32,000 nt of DNA from Xylanibacter ruminicola 23 (GCF_000025925.1 NC_014033.1:810001-842000), one strand, 5' to 3'. Numbered from the stretch's first letter, positions 19,046-29,660 are shown. Notes: generated from the sequence alone by a model not told the origin. A program made the numbers and translations.

Positions 19046-20824
19046 TTATTTAGTTGATTTCTGAAGTTTTTTCAGTCGGCGTTGTGCGTCGCTGGCATCA
19101 GGGTATAATTCGAGTGCTTTCTGATAGTTGCGGATAGCGGCTTCGGTCATGTGTTCGTGTTCGCACTCGCGACCCATGATGGTGTATTCGGCAGCCAGGC
19201 GCTTCAGCATCTCGCGCTTGGCATCCAGTTCGTTCTTCAGCTGGGCCATCTCAGCTTCGTGGTCGGCCTTCAGGCGTTCTATCTCGCGTTTCTGGCGATT
19301 GATAATCTCCAGCTTATGACGGATATAACGACGGATATGCGGCTTCTCGATATCGTAGCGCAGATGGATGGCTTTGAAGAAAGAGTCGAGGAATAATTTG
19401 AAATCACCTCGGTCAAAGGCGGTTACGGCATCGTGGTATTCGCGGTCGGCCTTACCTTCCTGCAGGGCCTGGTTAATTATCTGCTGGTTGTTGTACTGAT
19501 TGGCAAACCTTACTACCTCGGCGCGTACAAAGATATCGCTGGGGCGCAAGGGCTCTTTCAGTGTGATGCCTTCGAGCGATGTACAACGCGAAAGGGCCAC
19601 ATAAGTCTGTCCGCCTGCAAAAGCGCCACCGCCACCAAAGTCGATCGAGATTTGCGAGAATGTCAGTCCCTGACTCTTGTGTACCGTTATGGCCCATGCC
19701 AAGCGCAGCGGGAACTGGGTATAGGTGCCTAAAAGTTCTTCCTCAATTTTCTGTTCCTTCTCGTTAAAGGTGTAGCGCATGTTCTCCCAGATGTCGCGCT
19801 CCACGTCAAACTCCTCGTTATCTTCGGTCATCACGCCAATCACGCCGCCTTCCTCGTCGATATACTCGATGGTGCCCAGCGTACCGTTAACCCAACGCTT
19901 CTCCTTATCGTTCTTGATAAAGATAATCTGTGCGCCTGGTTTCAGGTGCAGTTCCATAGGTGTGGGCAACGAGCTCTCGGGGAAGTTGCCTTTGATTTCG
20001 CCCTTAAACATACTCACTTCGCCGTCCAGCGCATCCAGCTGCTGGTCGTTGATGAAATCAACGGTATCCCTGCGGGCAGCGAGGGTTACTGTTAGTTGGG
20101 TGGTGGCTGATGGGTGTTGGGTGTTAGTGGTTTGTACGCGATTGTTCAGCGAATCCAGATCGTGCTGGGTGGCGGTGTTGTTGCGGATGCGATCCAGGAT
20201 GGCGATAAACTTATCGTCGGTTTGGCGATACACTTTACGCAGCTCGATAGATACAATCGGCATGGTCTGCCACACTTTGGCGTTAAAGAAATAAGCCGAA
20301 GGGTAGAAGGGCTGCAACAGCTGTCGGTCGTCGTCCTTCAGCACAGGCTCCAGCTGGTAGATATCGCCCACCAGCAACAGCTGTTTGCCACCAAACGGCT
20401 CGGGGTTACGCGTGTACGCGCGTAATACCTTATCTATAAAGTCGATAATATCGGCACGCACCATCGATATCTCGTCGATGATAATCAGCTCCACCTCGCG
20501 TATCAGTTTGCACTGGGCGCCGTTATATTTCAGGGTTTTCTTCAGGTTCTTCCAACTGTACTGCACATCGTTGGGCAATAGTGGGTGGAAGGGGAGTTTA
20601 AAAAAGCTGTGAAGTGTTGATCCACCTGCATTGATAGCTGCAATGCCGGTAGGTGCCAGTATCACGTGCTTCTTTTTGGTGTTCTTCGAAACGTAGCGCA
20701 GAAAGGTAGATTTACCAGTGCCCGCTTTTCCGGTTAGGAAAAGCGAGCGCCGTGTATAGTTGATGATTTGGAGAGCGTCTTGCCACTCTTTGTTGTCCAA
20801 ATCAAGTTGCTGTTCTGCTTGCAT
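19046..20824 (-). CDS. Pif1/RecD-like SF1B DNA helicase with a ~150-aa C-terminal coiled-coil/TPR-like extension
   Basis: Walker A GKAGTGKST, Walker B IIIDEISMV, LVGDIYQLEPV and TVHKSQGLTF. The tail carries EIERLKADHEAEMAQLKNELDAKREMLKRL and NYQKALELYPDASDAQRRL. Confidence 0.85.
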   Translation of the reverse strand: MQAEQQLDLDNKEWQDALQIINYTRRSLFLTGKAGTGKSTFLRYVSKNTKKKHVILAPTGIAAINAGGSTLHSFFKLPFHPLLPNDVQYSWKNLKKTLKYNGAQCKLIREVELIIIDEISMVRADIIDFIDKVLRAYTRNPEPFGGKQLLLVGDIYQLEPVLKDDDRQLLQPFYPSAYFFNAKVWQTMPIVSIELRKVYRQTDDKFIAILDRIRNNTATQHDLDSLNNRVQTTNTQHPSATTQLTVTLAARRDTVDFINDQQLDALDGEVSMFKGEIKGNFPESSLPTPMELHLKPGAQIIFIKNDKEKRWVNGTLGTIEYIDEEGGVIGVMTEDNEEFDVERDIWENMRYTFNEKEQKIEEELLGTYTQFPLRLAWAITVHKSQGLTFSQISIDFGGGGAFAGGQTYVALSRCTSLEGITLKEPLRPSDIFVRAEVVRFANQYNNQQIINQALQEGKADREYHDAVTAFDRGDFKLFLDSFFKAIHLRYDIEKPHIRRYIRHKLEIINRQKREIERLKADHEAEMAQLKNELDAKREMLKRLAAEYTIMGRECEHEHMTEAAIRNYQKALELYPDASDAQRRLKKLQKSTK

Positions 20825-23322
20825 TAATCTTTTTTCTCGGTAGCTTCGCCGTTATTGTTTGGTGTTGGTGTGGTGTTGGCGTTCTCGTGGTCGGCCTCAC
20901 CGGTCTTGATACTGCCGTCGCCCTGCACCTCAATCAGTTCGCCGCTCTCCGAAACGTGGAGCGAGTCAACAGCGATCGAGTCGGAATCCGAAGGCATAGC
21001 CAGATAACCGCCGCAACCATACATAGCCTGTGTGAGCGAATTATCCTTTGATGCACCAAACTTAGCGTGATACTTCTGGAAGGCAGGATCCTTGAGCAAG
21101 CTACCCAGGAAGTAACCACAGATGGGCAGTGCCGTACGGTTACCCTGACCCAGCATACCCGAACGGAAGTGGATGCAACGATACTCGCCACCTACCCATG
21201 CGCCACAAACCAGGTTAGGTGTGGTGCCGATAAACCAGGCATCAGAGTGGTTGTTTGATGTACCGGTCTTTCCACCAAAGTCGGTGTCGGTCACGTCATA
21301 ACCTACAAATCCTCTCAGTCGTGAGCTGGTACCGCTCATACCACCCATCAGCAGCTGCTGTACCAGGAAGGCGCTGCGGTAAGGAATGGCCTGCTCGCCC
21401 TGTGTAGGAGCCTCGTAAATTACGTTACCGTCGCGGTCCTCAATCTTGCTTACCAGTACGGGATCGTGCTGTACACCATCGTTACAAGGTGTGCAGTAGG
21501 CGCTTACCATCTCCAGCAGGTTTACGTCGCTCGAACCCAGAGCCAGGGCTGGGGTAGCGTCGAGCTTGCTCTTGATACCCATGTCGTGGGCAGTCTTTAC
21601 GATATTGTCGATACCGCACTCCTGACCCAGGCGAACGGCTACCGAGTTGATACTCATAGCAAATGCCTGCTTCAGGGTGATGTCGGCGTTCGAGAAACGT
21701 CCGTCGGCATTGGTTGGTGCCCATGTCACCTCCTCGCCGTGATCCATCACCTTCATCGAGAAGTACTCGTCCTTACGGGTGTCGCAAGGGGTGATGCCCT
21801 GATTCATGGCCTCGGTGTAAACAAACAGCTTGAAGGTAGAACCAGGCTGACGCATAGCGGTAACCTTGTCGTACTTCCAGGTCTTGAAGTCAACATCGCC
21901 CACCCAAGCCTTTACGTGTCCGGTCTGAGGCTCGATGGCCACAAATCCGCAGTGCATAAAGCGCTCCATATAGCGCAGCGAGTCGAGTGTAGAAATCTCT
22001 TTCTCGATATAGCCAGTCTCGCTGTCGTAGTCGAACAGGCGTACCTTATGAGGCAGGTTCAGATAGTAATCGATAGAATCCTGATTATCCTCGAACTTTC
22101 TACTCAGATATTTATAATAAGGTGTCTTCTTGGCCAGATCCTCGATAAAGTGGGGTATCTCAACGTGGCGCTCGTCCTGCCAGGGATTAGTGCTGCCCCA
22201 GTGCGAGTTAAAGCTCTTCTGCACCTGTTTCATCTGCTTTACGGCAGCCTCCTCGGCATACTTCTGCATGCGCGAGTCGAGTGTGGTGTAAATCTTCAGT
22301 CCCTCGGTGTAGTAAGCGTATTTGTTGTTCTCGCCGTAGTAGTCGGTACACCAGCTCTTCATAAAGTCGGCCACAGCCTCGCGGAAGTAGTTTGCCTCGC
22401 CGTCGTAGGCATTCTCCACGCTATAGTCGAGCTTAATTTCCAGCTGCTTCAGCGAGTCGCACTCCTGCTTGGTCAGGTCGCCGTGCTGGTGCATCAGGTC
22501 GAGCACAATGTTACGGCGCTTCAGCGAGTTGTTGGGGTTAATCAGCGGGTTGTAGTAGGTGGTAGCCTTCAGCATACCTACCAGCACAGCTGCATTCTCG
22601 GTAGTGAGATCCTTTGGCGAGCAACCAAAATAAGTTTTACAAGCTGTCTTGATACCGAATGCGTTCGAACCGAAATCCACGGTGTTGGCATACTGTGTCA
22701 GAATCTCGTTCTTGTCAAAGAAGAACTCCAGCTTGTAGGCAGTAATCCACTCCTTACTCTTCAGGATGAGTATCTTGATACCTGGGATGTTACCCAGCAA
22801 ACCTGTAGAATACTCCGAACGTGTACGGAACAGGTTCTTGGCCAACTGCTGTGTGATGGTTGATGCGCCACGTGCATCGTGATGCAGGGCGTAATCCTTC
22901 AGGGCAGCAGCAAAAGCCTGATAGTCGATACCATGATGACTGTAGAAACGCTCATCCTCGGTATCAATCAGGGCCTTCCAGAAGGCGGGGTTAACATCGT
23001 CGTAGCCTACAGGGGTACGGTTCTCGCTAAAGAACTTACCAATCTGTTTGCCATCGGCACTGAGAATCATCGAAGCCTCGGCTGGGCGCTTGTTCTTGAT
23101 GGTGCTCATCGAGGGGCTCTTACCAAACAGCCACAGGAAGTTCATGTCAACGGCTCCTAAGTACAGGAAGAAAGCCACCACCAGCGAAGCGATGCCCACC
23201 AGTGTCTTTACGTACCAGGCACGTCCCTGATACAAGCCTTTATACCAAGGCCAGAAGCCTTTGATTTTCTGTTGAGCCAGATTCAGCCAGCCCATCATCT
23301 TTTCAGTTGTTTTGTTGCTCAT
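20824..23322 (-). CDS. mrcA: Class A penicillin-binding protein (PBP1A; glycosyltransferase plus transpeptidase)
   Basis: N-terminal TM helix. GT51 motifs [12 protein letters not shown] and TITQQLAKN. Transpeptidase motifs STFK, SIN and KTGT. Its TAA stop overlaps the helicase ATG (TAATG). Confidence 0.9.
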   Translation of the reverse strand: MSNKTTEKMMGWLNLAQQKIKGFWPWYKGLYQGRAWYVKTLVGIASLVVAFFLYLGAVDMNFLWLFGKSPSMSTIKNKRPAEASMILSADGKQIGKFFSENRTPVGYDDVNPAFWKALIDTEDERFYSHHGIDYQAFAAALKDYALHHDARGASTITQQLAKNLFRTRSEYSTGLLGNIPGIKILILKSKEWITAYKLEFFFDKNEILTQYANTVDFGSNAFGIKTACKTYFGCSPKDLTTENAAVLVGMLKATTYYNPLINPNNSLKRRNIVLDLMHQHGDLTKQECDSLKQLEIKLDYSVENAYDGEANYFREAVADFMKSWCTDYYGENNKYAYYTEGLKIYTTLDSRMQKYAEEAAVKQMKQVQKSFNSHWGSTNPWQDERHVEIPHFIEDLAKKTPYYKYLSRKFEDNQDSIDYYLNLPHKVRLFDYDSETGYIEKEISTLDSLRYMERFMHCGFVAIEPQTGHVKAWVGDVDFKTWKYDKVTAMRQPGSTFKLFVYTEAMNQGITPCDTRKDEYFSMKVMDHGEEVTWAPTNADGRFSNADITLKQAFAMSINSVAVRLGQECGIDNIVKTAHDMGIKSKLDATPALALGSSDVNLLEMVSAYCTPCNDGVQHDPVLVSKIEDRDGNVIYEAPTQGEQAIPYRSAFLVQQLLMGGMSGTSSRLRGFVGYDVTDTDFGGKTGTSNNHSDAWFIGTTPNLVCGAWVGGEYRCIHFRSGMLGQGNRTALPICGYFLGSLLKDPAFQKYHAKFGASKDNSLTQAMYGCGGYLAMPSDSDSIAVDSLHVSESGELIEVQGDGSIKTGEADHENANTTPTPNNNGEATEKKD

Positions 23323-24223
23323 AGTCTTGAGATATGTAACTATAAATTTGTTCTATTTCGTCAGGGTGAAACCACCTTATCTGTTCATCTTTCTTATACC
23401 ATGTTAATTGTTTGCGTGCGTATCGCCTGGTGTTACCCTTTATACGTTCAACGGCCTCTTCCAGTGTCCAGGTGCCGTCGATGTAGGCAAACATCTCTTT
23501 ATAACCCACCGTGTTGAGCGCGTTCATGTGGCGCATCGGGTACAAACGTTGTGCTTCGTCCAGCAGTCCGTCGGTCATCATCTGGTCAACGCGTTGGTTG
23601 ATGCGGTTGTACAGTTCCTCGCGGTCGCGGTTCAGTCCGATTTTCACAATGCGGAACGGGCGTTCTTTCTTTTCGCGTTTGCGGAACGAGGTGTAAGTCT
23701 TACCTGTCATCAGGCATATCTCCAGTCCGTGCACCACGCGGCGAGGGTTCTGCTTGTCAACTATCTCGTAGTACTCAGGGTCAAGCTGTCGCAGCTCTTC
23801 CACCAGCGCTTCAAGTCCTTCGTCGGCCAGTCGGCGTTTCAGGGTTTCGCGCGTCTCATCGTCCACAGTCGGTATGTCGTCGATACCGTTGCACACAGCA
23901 TCAATATACATCATGCTACCGCCTGTAAGCAGGGCATAGTCGCTATGCTCGAATTCGCGCTGCAGAATTTCCAGAACCTGTTGTTCAAAGAGCGATGCAC
24001 TGTAGTAATCGTGCAGCGAGAGCGAACCCACAAAGTAGTGGGGCACTCGTCGCATTTGCTCGATTGTGGGACTTGCTGTCCCTATCTTCAGTTCCTTGTA
24101 AATCTGCCTCGAATCGGCATTGATGATAGGTATGCCAAAGTGCTGGGCTATGTCGAGACACAAGGCTGTTTTGCCTACGGCCGTTGGCCCTGTGATCACG
24201 ATAAGCGTCTTAGCGGATGACAC
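23303..24223 (-). CDS. miaA: tRNA dimethylallyltransferase
   Basis: P-loop GPTAVGKT, 306 aa, family-typical layout. It overlaps the PBP1A start by 20 nt. Confidence 0.93.
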   Translation of the reverse strand: MSSAKTLIVITGPTAVGKTALCLDIAQHFGIPIINADSRQIYKELKIGTASPTIEQMRRVPHYFVGSLSLHDYYSASLFEQQVLEILQREFEHSDYALLTGGSMMYIDAVCNGIDDIPTVDDETRETLKRRLADEGLEALVEELRQLDPEYYEIVDKQNPRRVVHGLEICLMTGKTYTSFRKREKKERPFRIVKIGLNRDREELYNRINQRVDQMMTDGLLDEAQRLYPMRHMNALNTVGYKEMFAYIDGTWTLEEAVERIKGNTRRYARKQLTWYKKDEQIRWFHPDEIEQIYSYISQDYEQQNN

Positions 24224-24983
24224 CTCTCTTCGAATTTTCGATAAACGAGCAGATATATTCTACCTCCTTAGAGTCGGGGTACTTAGCGCGGGCCTCGGCC
24301 ACACCTTCCTTCATCACACCTTTTGAGTAGATGATACGGTAGGCATCGTGGATGGCCTCGATGGTCTCGTTCGAGAAACCACGACGGCGCAGTCCGATCA
24401 GGTTCACGCCAGCATAGCGGATAGGCTCCTTACCTGCAATCACGTAGGGAGGAATGTCCTGACTGGTACGGCTACCACCCTGGAACATGATGTAACCACC
24501 CACGTGCAGGAACTGGTGGAACAGGCAGCAGGCCGAGATGATAGCGTTGTCGTCAACTACTACCTCGCCGGCAAACTTGGTTGAGTTGCCGATGATACAG
24601 CCGTTACCAATCTCACAGTCGTGTCCGATATGCATATTCTCCATCAGCAGGTTGTTGTTACCCACGGTGGTCTTACCCTTCGAGGCAGTACCACGACTGA
24701 TGGTTACGTTTTCGCGGATTGAGTTGTTGTCGCCAATCTCACAGGTGGTCTCTTCGCCAACGAACTTCAGATCTTGGGGCTTGGTAGAGATTGATGCACC
24801 TGGGAAAATCTCGTTATTGTTACCCAGACGGGTACCAAAGTGCAGTGTTACGCCGTTATACAGCTTGTTGTTGTCGCCGATTACTACGTTCTTGTCGATC
24901 ACGCAGAAAGGGCCGATAATATTGTTGTCGCCCAGTTTTGCCTCGGGGTCAACAATTGCCATTGGGTGTATCTGATTTGCCAT
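24210..24983 (-). CDS. lpxA: Acyl-ACP--UDP-N-acetylglucosamine O-acyltransferase
   Basis: Left-handed beta-helix hexapeptide repeats plus an LpxA-type C-terminal helical domain. 257 aa. It sits in lpxD, lpxC/fabZ, lpxA order. Confidence 0.93.
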   Translation of the reverse strand: MANQIHPMAIVDPEAKLGDNNIIGPFCVIDKNVVIGDNNKLYNGVTLHFGTRLGNNNEIFPGASISTKPQDLKFVGEETTCEIGDNNSIRENVTISRGTASKGKTTVGNNNLLMENMHIGHDCEIGNGCIIGNSTKFAGEVVVDDNAIISACCLFHQFLHVGGYIMFQGGSRTSQDIPPYVIAGKEPIRYAGVNLIGLRRRGFSNETIEAIHDAYRIIYSKGVMKEGVAEARAKYPDSKEVEYICSFIENSKRGVIR

Positions 24984-24987
24984 TTTT

Positions 24988-25008
24988 CTTTGAACTTTGA
25001 ACTTTATT
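24988..25008. repeat. Tandem heptamer array in the lpxC/fabZ-lpxA spacer
   Basis: The plus strand reads CTTTGAA CTTTGAA CTTTATT. In mRNA sense this is AGTTCAA x2, immediately upstream of the lpxA ATG. Confidence 0.75.
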
Positions 25009-26386
25009 TATTCTTCACAATCTGGGCGGTGAAGGTGGCCTCGCTTACTACGTGGTCGCCTACGAATACGTAGCCCTTCATCGATGAGATACCGTGACGT
25101 ACGGGTGCCAGCAGCTCAACCTTGAAAATCAGGGTGTCGCCTGGTACTACCTTCTGACGGAACTTCACATCGTCTATCTTCATAAAGTAGGTGCTCCAGC
25201 GCTCGGGCTCCTCCAGGGTGTTCAGTACCAGCAGTCCGCCGCACTGGGCCATAGCCTCAATCTGCAGCACACCTGGCATCACGGGCTCCTGTGGGAAGTG
25301 TCCCTGGAAGAAAGGCTCGTTGGCGGTGATGTTCTTGATACCTACGATAGTGGTTGCGCCCAGCTCTACCACCTTGTCAACCAGTTGCATGGGGTAGCGG
25401 TGTGGCAGCAGTTCGCGAATACGGTTCACGTCCATGATTGGCTCCTCGTTCGGATCGTAGATAGGTGCCTGGATCTCGTGCTTACGAATCTCCTTGCGCA
25501 TCATGCGTGCGAACTTATTATTAATGGTGTGGCCAGGACGTGTGGCAATGATACGTCCCTTGATGGGCTTGCCAATCAGTGCCATATCGCCGATGATATC
25601 CAGCAGCTTGTGACGTGTGCACTCGTTCTCCCACTGCAGGGGCTTGTGCTGAATGTAACCCAGGTCGGTAGCGTCGCGATGCTCAACGTGCAGCATATCA
25701 GCCAGCATGTCCAGACGCTCCTGAGTGGTCTGACGCTCGTAGATAACGATGGCGTTATCCAGGTCGCCGCCCTTAATCAGGTTGGCCTGCAGCAGAGGCT
25801 CGATATCGCGTACAAACACGAATGTACGTGCGCTGGCAATCTCGGTGGCATACTTAGCGGGGTCGTCGAGTGTTGCAAACTGCGAGTTGATAAACTTACT
25901 CTCGAACGAACACATAGCGGTGATGGTAAATGCATCGTCGGGCAGGATAGTGATGCACGATCCTGTCTGCTCGTCCTTAATCTCTATCTTCTTGCGGATG
26001 ATATAGTAATCCTTGGGTGCGTTCTGCTCCTCGATGCCTACCTCCTGAATCTTGTTGACGTAGAGGATGGCCGAACCGTCGAGGATAGGGAACTCAGGAC
26101 CGTTTACCTGAATCAAGCAGTTGTCGATGCCCAGTGCATAGAGGGCCGACAAACCATGTTCAACGGTCGAAACGCGCGCATCGCCCTTAGCCAGTACGGT
26201 ACCGCGCTGGGTATCGATTACGTTCTCGGCGATGGCGTCGATGATAGGCTGACCCTCCAGGTCGATTCGCTGAATCTTATAACCTGTATTCTCGGGTGCA
26301 GGGTTGAATGTAACGGTCAGGTTCAAACCTGTATGCAGACCTTTTCCGAACAAAGAAAAGCTGCCTTTCAGTGTTTTCTGTTTCAT
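25004..26386 (-). CDS. lpxC/fabZ: Bifunctional UDP-3-O-acyl-GlcNAc deacetylase / 3-hydroxyacyl-ACP dehydratase
   Basis: 460 aa. The N-terminus is LpxC-like (FGKGLHTGL...). The C-terminus is FabZ-like (LPHRYPMQLVD, FFQGHFP). This fusion is typical of Bacteroidota. Confidence 0.95.
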   Translation of the reverse strand: MKQKTLKGSFSLFGKGLHTGLNLTVTFNPAPENTGYKIQRIDLEGQPIIDAIAENVIDTQRGTVLAKGDARVSTVEHGLSALYALGIDNCLIQVNGPEFPILDGSAILYVNKIQEVGIEEQNAPKDYYIIRKKIEIKDEQTGSCITILPDDAFTITAMCSFESKFINSQFATLDDPAKYATEIASARTFVFVRDIEPLLQANLIKGGDLDNAIVIYERQTTQERLDMLADMLHVEHRDATDLGYIQHKPLQWENECTRHKLLDIIGDMALIGKPIKGRIIATRPGHTINNKFARMMRKEIRKHEIQAPIYDPNEEPIMDVNRIRELLPHRYPMQLVDKVVELGATTIVGIKNITANEPFFQGHFPQEPVMPGVLQIEAMAQCGGLLVLNTLEEPERWSTYFMKIDDVKFRQKVVPGDTLIFKVELLAPVRHGISSMKGYVFVGDHVVSEATFTAQIVKNK

Positions 26387-26419
26387 ATCATTTATATTCT
26401 TTTTTGCAACGCTAAATTA

Positions 26420-27463
26420 TTATTTCTCCAGTTTTTCTTTCAGGGCGTCGATTTCGCGCTGCAGGGCGGCTACCTGGCGATACATATCGGGCAGCTTGGC
26501 GTCGATGGCGCGTGCCTTGAAGTACATCTTTGGATTAACGGCGGGCGAACCAATCAGCTGCTCACCATTACCCTTGGTGTTGCTGATCACACCGCACTGG
26601 GCACCTACAAAGGTCTTGTCGGCCACCTGGATGTGTCCGGCAAATCCAGCCTGTCCGCCAACCATACACCAGGCACCAATCTTGGTGCTGCCTGCCAGTC
26701 CTACCTGAGCACTCATCACGGTGTTCTCGCCAATCTCGCAGTTGTGAGCCACCTGAATCAGGTTATCCAGCTTCACACCCTTGCGGATGGTGGTCTGTCC
26801 CATGGTGCTGCGGTCGATACATGTGTTGGCACCAATCTCAACGTTATCCTCGATTACTACGATACCAATCTGTGGAATCTTATCGTAGCCCTCGGTGTTA
26901 GGTGCAAAGCCAAAGCCGTCGGCACCTACCACGCTACCTGCGTGTATTGTAACATTATTTCCAATCTTACATCCCTGATAGATGGTTACATGGGGGTAGA
27001 ACAAGCATTTCTGGCCTACCTGTACGCCATCACCAATCACGGTGTGGGGATAAATCTGACAGCCGTCGCCGATCACTGCGCCATCGCCAATCACGGCAAA
27101 CGCACCGATATACACGTTCTCGCCAACCTTAGCCTTGGGCGAGATTGATGCCAGCGGGTCGATACCTGTCTTGGCGGGCTTCATGCTCTCGTAGAACTGC
27201 AACAGCTTGGCCACGCACTCGTAGGCGTTCTTCACGCGAATCAGTGTGCAGCTTACTGGGCGCTCCAGTTCTACATCCTCGTTAATCAGTACTACGCTCG
27301 ACTTGGTGTCGTAAATGTAATGGGTATATTTTGGGTTTGAGAGGAACGAAATGGCGCCCTCAACACCCTCTTCAATCTTAGCGAAAGTGCGAACGGCTGC
27401 ATTCTCATTGCCTTCCACTCTTCCCTGTATCAATTCTGCAATTTGTTTGGCTGTAAACTCCAT
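26420..27463 (-). CDS. lpxD: UDP-3-O-(3-hydroxyacyl)glucosamine N-acyltransferase
   Basis: 347 aa. LpxD N-terminal domain, a long hexapeptide-repeat beta-helix and a C-terminal coiled coil. Confidence 0.93.
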   Translation of the reverse strand: MEFTAKQIAELIQGRVEGNENAAVRTFAKIEEGVEGAISFLSNPKYTHYIYDTKSSVVLINEDVELERPVSCTLIRVKNAYECVAKLLQFYESMKPAKTGIDPLASISPKAKVGENVYIGAFAVIGDGAVIGDGCQIYPHTVIGDGVQVGQKCLFYPHVTIYQGCKIGNNVTIHAGSVVGADGFGFAPNTEGYDKIPQIGIVVIEDNVEIGANTCIDRSTMGQTTIRKGVKLDNLIQVAHNCEIGENTVMSAQVGLAGSTKIGAWCMVGGQAGFAGHIQVADKTFVGAQCGVISNTKGNGEQLIGSPAVNPKMYFKARAIDAKLPDMYRQVAALQREIDALKEKLEK

Positions 27464-27490
27464 ATTGTTTGCAATTATTTAAAAATCCGT

Positions 27491-27499
27491 GCAAAGATA
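27491..27499 (-). promoter_or_regulatory. Possible internal -7 box TATCTTTGC for lpxD
   Basis: The reverse complement of 27491-27499 is TATCTTTGC. It abuts the HD-gene stop codon, about 28 nt upstream of the lpxD ATG. There is no good -33. Confidence 0.4.
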
Positions 27500-27500
27500 A

Positions 27501-28730
27501 CTATTTTTCTTCAAATCTTTGATAACAAAGATAATATTTTCGTATTTTTTTTGAAAGTAACTGAACATTTAGCAGCTCCGAGGCTTCCGATATGTCTCTG
27601 ATTTCGCCGTTTTTGTAAAGTATTTGTATCTTGTCGTCATCTACGTTGTACATGTCCTTCTGGATGGTGTTCAGACTCATCAGATAGTGGGCGTCCTCGT
27701 AAGGTATGTCCATGTGCTGGGCAATGCTGCGCTTCAGCTCGTCAAGGCGCTCGGCTGTGGGCTCTTCCTCCAGCACCTCCACCTTGAAGATGTGGCGATC
27801 CAGCATGTCGGTAGCCAGTGTGGCCAGTATCTTGTCGCTGTGGTGCTTCCAGGCCTTCATGGCACTCCAGATGTCGCTGTCGTCAAGCTCGCTGTAGTAC
27901 TGCAGCGCCTCGGCATGGGTGGCAAACCACTCGGCATCGATGTCGTTCTCCAGGAAGTAGAGTAGGGCGGGCGATGCAAACACCTGCTGGCCGTTACGTA
28001 TCAGCCACTTGGCGCGGTTCAGCATGTTTACCAGCACCTTTTCGTAGGCCACACATGTGCGGTGCAGATACACCTGCCAGTACATCAGGCGGCGGGTGGT
28101 CAGATAGTTTTCCAGCGAGTAGATACCCTTCTGTTCTACTACAAGCGAATCGTCTACCACGTTCAGCATCTTGATGATACGTGCGCTGCCAATGTTGCCC
28201 TCGGTAACGCCTGTGTAGAACGAGTCGCGGCGCAGGTAGTCCAGTCGGTCCATATCCAACTGACTGGATATCAGCTGGTGCAGGAAGTTCTTCGGATACT
28301 CGCCTTTGAATATCGATATGGCCAGGTTCAGCTGTCCGTTCAGCGAGCGGTTAATCTCCTCCATCATCATCAGCGAAATCTCCTCGTGACTGATGCCGCT
28401 AATCAGCGTGTTCTCCAGTACATGCGAGAACGGACCGTGACCGATGTCGTGCATCAGGATGGCGGCCTGTACCGCCTCGGCTTCCGAGTCGAAGATAAAC
28501 TGTCCCTTCTGTTGCAGGTTCTGTATAGCCTCGCTCATCAGGTGGAAAGCACCCAGTGAGTGCTGGAATCGCGTATGCCTGGCCCCAGGATACACCACAG
28601 AGGCCAACCCCAACTGATTGATGCGGTTCAGCCTCTGAAAAAGCGGGTGCTCTACAATCCCGTAGAGTATGCCGCGTGGTATCTTGATAAACCCGAAAAC
28701 CGGGTCGTTGATGATTTTAACCTCGCCCAC
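27501..28730 (-). CDS. HD-domain phosphohydrolase, SAMHD1/dNTP triphosphohydrolase-like
   Basis: HSLGAFHL, HDIGHGPFSH and DMDRLDYLRRD motifs. 409 aa. The apparent start is GTG, with no in-frame ATG upstream. Confidence 0.82.
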   Translation of the reverse strand: MGEVKIINDPVFGFIKIPRGILYGIVEHPLFQRLNRINQLGLASVVYPGARHTRFQHSLGAFHLMSEAIQNLQQKGQFIFDSEAEAVQAAILMHDIGHGPFSHVLENTLISGISHEEISLMMMEEINRSLNGQLNLAISIFKGEYPKNFLHQLISSQLDMDRLDYLRRDSFYTGVTEGNIGSARIIKMLNVVDDSLVVEQKGIYSLENYLTTRRLMYWQVYLHRTCVAYEKVLVNMLNRAKWLIRNGQQVFASPALLYFLENDIDAEWFATHAEALQYYSELDDSDIWSAMKAWKHHSDKILATLATDMLDRHIFKVEVLEEEPTAERLDELKRSIAQHMDIPYEDAHYLMSLNTIQKDMYNVDDDKIQILYKNGEIRDISEASELLNVQLLSKKIRKYYLCYQRFEEK

Positions 28731-28735
28731 TTGTT

Positions 28736-28763
28736 ACATTGAACATTGAACATTGAACATTAG
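28736..28763. repeat. Tandem heptamer array in the pyrF-HD spacer
   Basis: The plus strand reads ACATTGA x3 followed by ACATTAG. In mRNA sense this is TGTTCAA x3. The array begins at the pyrF stop codon. Confidence 0.85.
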
Positions 28764-29623
28764 CAGATGCCGGCATCTGCCAGGATCTTGGCCATCTGCT
28801 GCTGCAGCTCCTGGGCCTTCTGTCCAGCCACCTCGTCAAAGTCCTTCTCATTGCTGGCGTAGATAATGCCGCGAGAAGAGTTAACCAGCAGTCCACAGTC
28901 CTTAATCATGCCGTACTTGCAAACCTCCTCCAGACTGCCGCCCTGAGCACCAACGCCAGGAACCAGCAGGAAGTGGTTAGGGGCCAGCTTACGGATGTCC
29001 TCAAACATCTGTCCCTGTGTGGCACCAACTACGTACATCATGTTCTCGTCGTTGCCCCATTCCTGACTCTTCTTCAGTACCTTCTCAAACAGGCGCTCGC
29101 CATTCTCGTCCTTCATCAGCTGGAAGTCGTGGCTGCCCTTATTGCTGGTAAGAGCCAGCAGCACTACCCATTTGCCATCGTAGCCCAGGAATGGTGTAAC
29201 GCTGTCTTCGCCCATGTAAGGAGCAACGGTCAGCGCATCTACATTGTACTGCTCAAAGAAAGTCTTGGCGTACATCTTCGATGTGTTACCGATATCGCCG
29301 CGCTTGGCATCGGCTATAATCAGGTGCTTGGGATAGTTCTCCTGCAGATATTCGATAATGCCCTCGAAAGCAGCCATACCCTCAATGCCGTAAGCCTCGT
29401 AGAAGGCCAGGTTGGGCTTGTAGGCCACACAGTAGGGAGCAGTAGCATCAATAATGCGGGTGCTAAACTCAAACAGCATGCCGAAGGTCATCTCTTCCTC
29501 CTCATACTCTTTCTTCACAATCTCCTTCAGGCCTTTGGGCATCTTGTCCAGGTCTGTGTCCAGTCCCACGCACAGAAAGCTCTGCTTCTCGCGAATCTGT
29601 TCAATCAGTTCTTTTCTGGTCAT
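28760..29623 (-). CDS. pyrF: Orotidine-5'-phosphate decarboxylase (long, type 2 form)
   Basis: 287 aa. It has LCVGLDTD and [11 protein letters not shown] active-site-type motifs. Confidence 0.9.
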   Translation of the reverse strand: MTRKELIEQIREKQSFLCVGLDTDLDKMPKGLKEIVKKEYEEEEMTFGMLFEFSTRIIDATAPYCVAYKPNLAFYEAYGIEGMAAFEGIIEYLQENYPKHLIIADAKRGDIGNTSKMYAKTFFEQYNVDALTVAPYMGEDSVTPFLGYDGKWVVLLALTSNKGSHDFQLMKDENGERLFEKVLKKSQEWGNDENMMYVVGATQGQMFEDIRKLAPNHFLLVPGVGAQGGSLEEVCKYGMIKDCGLLVNSSRGIIYASNEKDFDEVAGQKAQELQQQMAKILADAGIC

Positions 29624-29637
29624 ATCTGATTTAATTC

Positions 29638-29658
29638 TTTAATGTTTAATGTTTAATG
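29638..29658. repeat. Tandem heptamer array in the prfA-pyrF spacer, inverted relative to the other three arrays
   Basis: The plus strand reads TTTAATG x3, flanked by the degenerate units TTAATTC and TATTAAA. It is the reverse complement of the CATTAAA unit seen at 11301-11335. Confidence 0.85.
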
Positions 29659-29660
29659 TA

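Noticed and set aside
25094-27148. A 684-aa plus-strand ORF running antisense across lpxC/fabZ, the spacer and lpxD. Similar long antisense ORFs occur at 21466-22863, 14885-16075, 4171-5244, 6107-6913, 29649-30497 and 23408-24220.
   Set aside because: Each lies exactly opposite a gene with unambiguous family motifs. Their translations are low-information L/V/G/H/Q-rich strings with no motifs. Strong codon bias in the real genes suppresses stop codons on the complementary frame. These are shadow ORFs, not overlapping genes.
27501-28730. The HD/SAMHD1-like dNTPase as an anti-phage (dGTPase-type) defence gene.
   Set aside because: It is embedded in a tightly packed housekeeping operon (pyrF upstream, lpxD downstream). 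It has no neighbouring defence, mobile or toxin genes and no visibly different composition from its neighbours. A housekeeping role is more likely.
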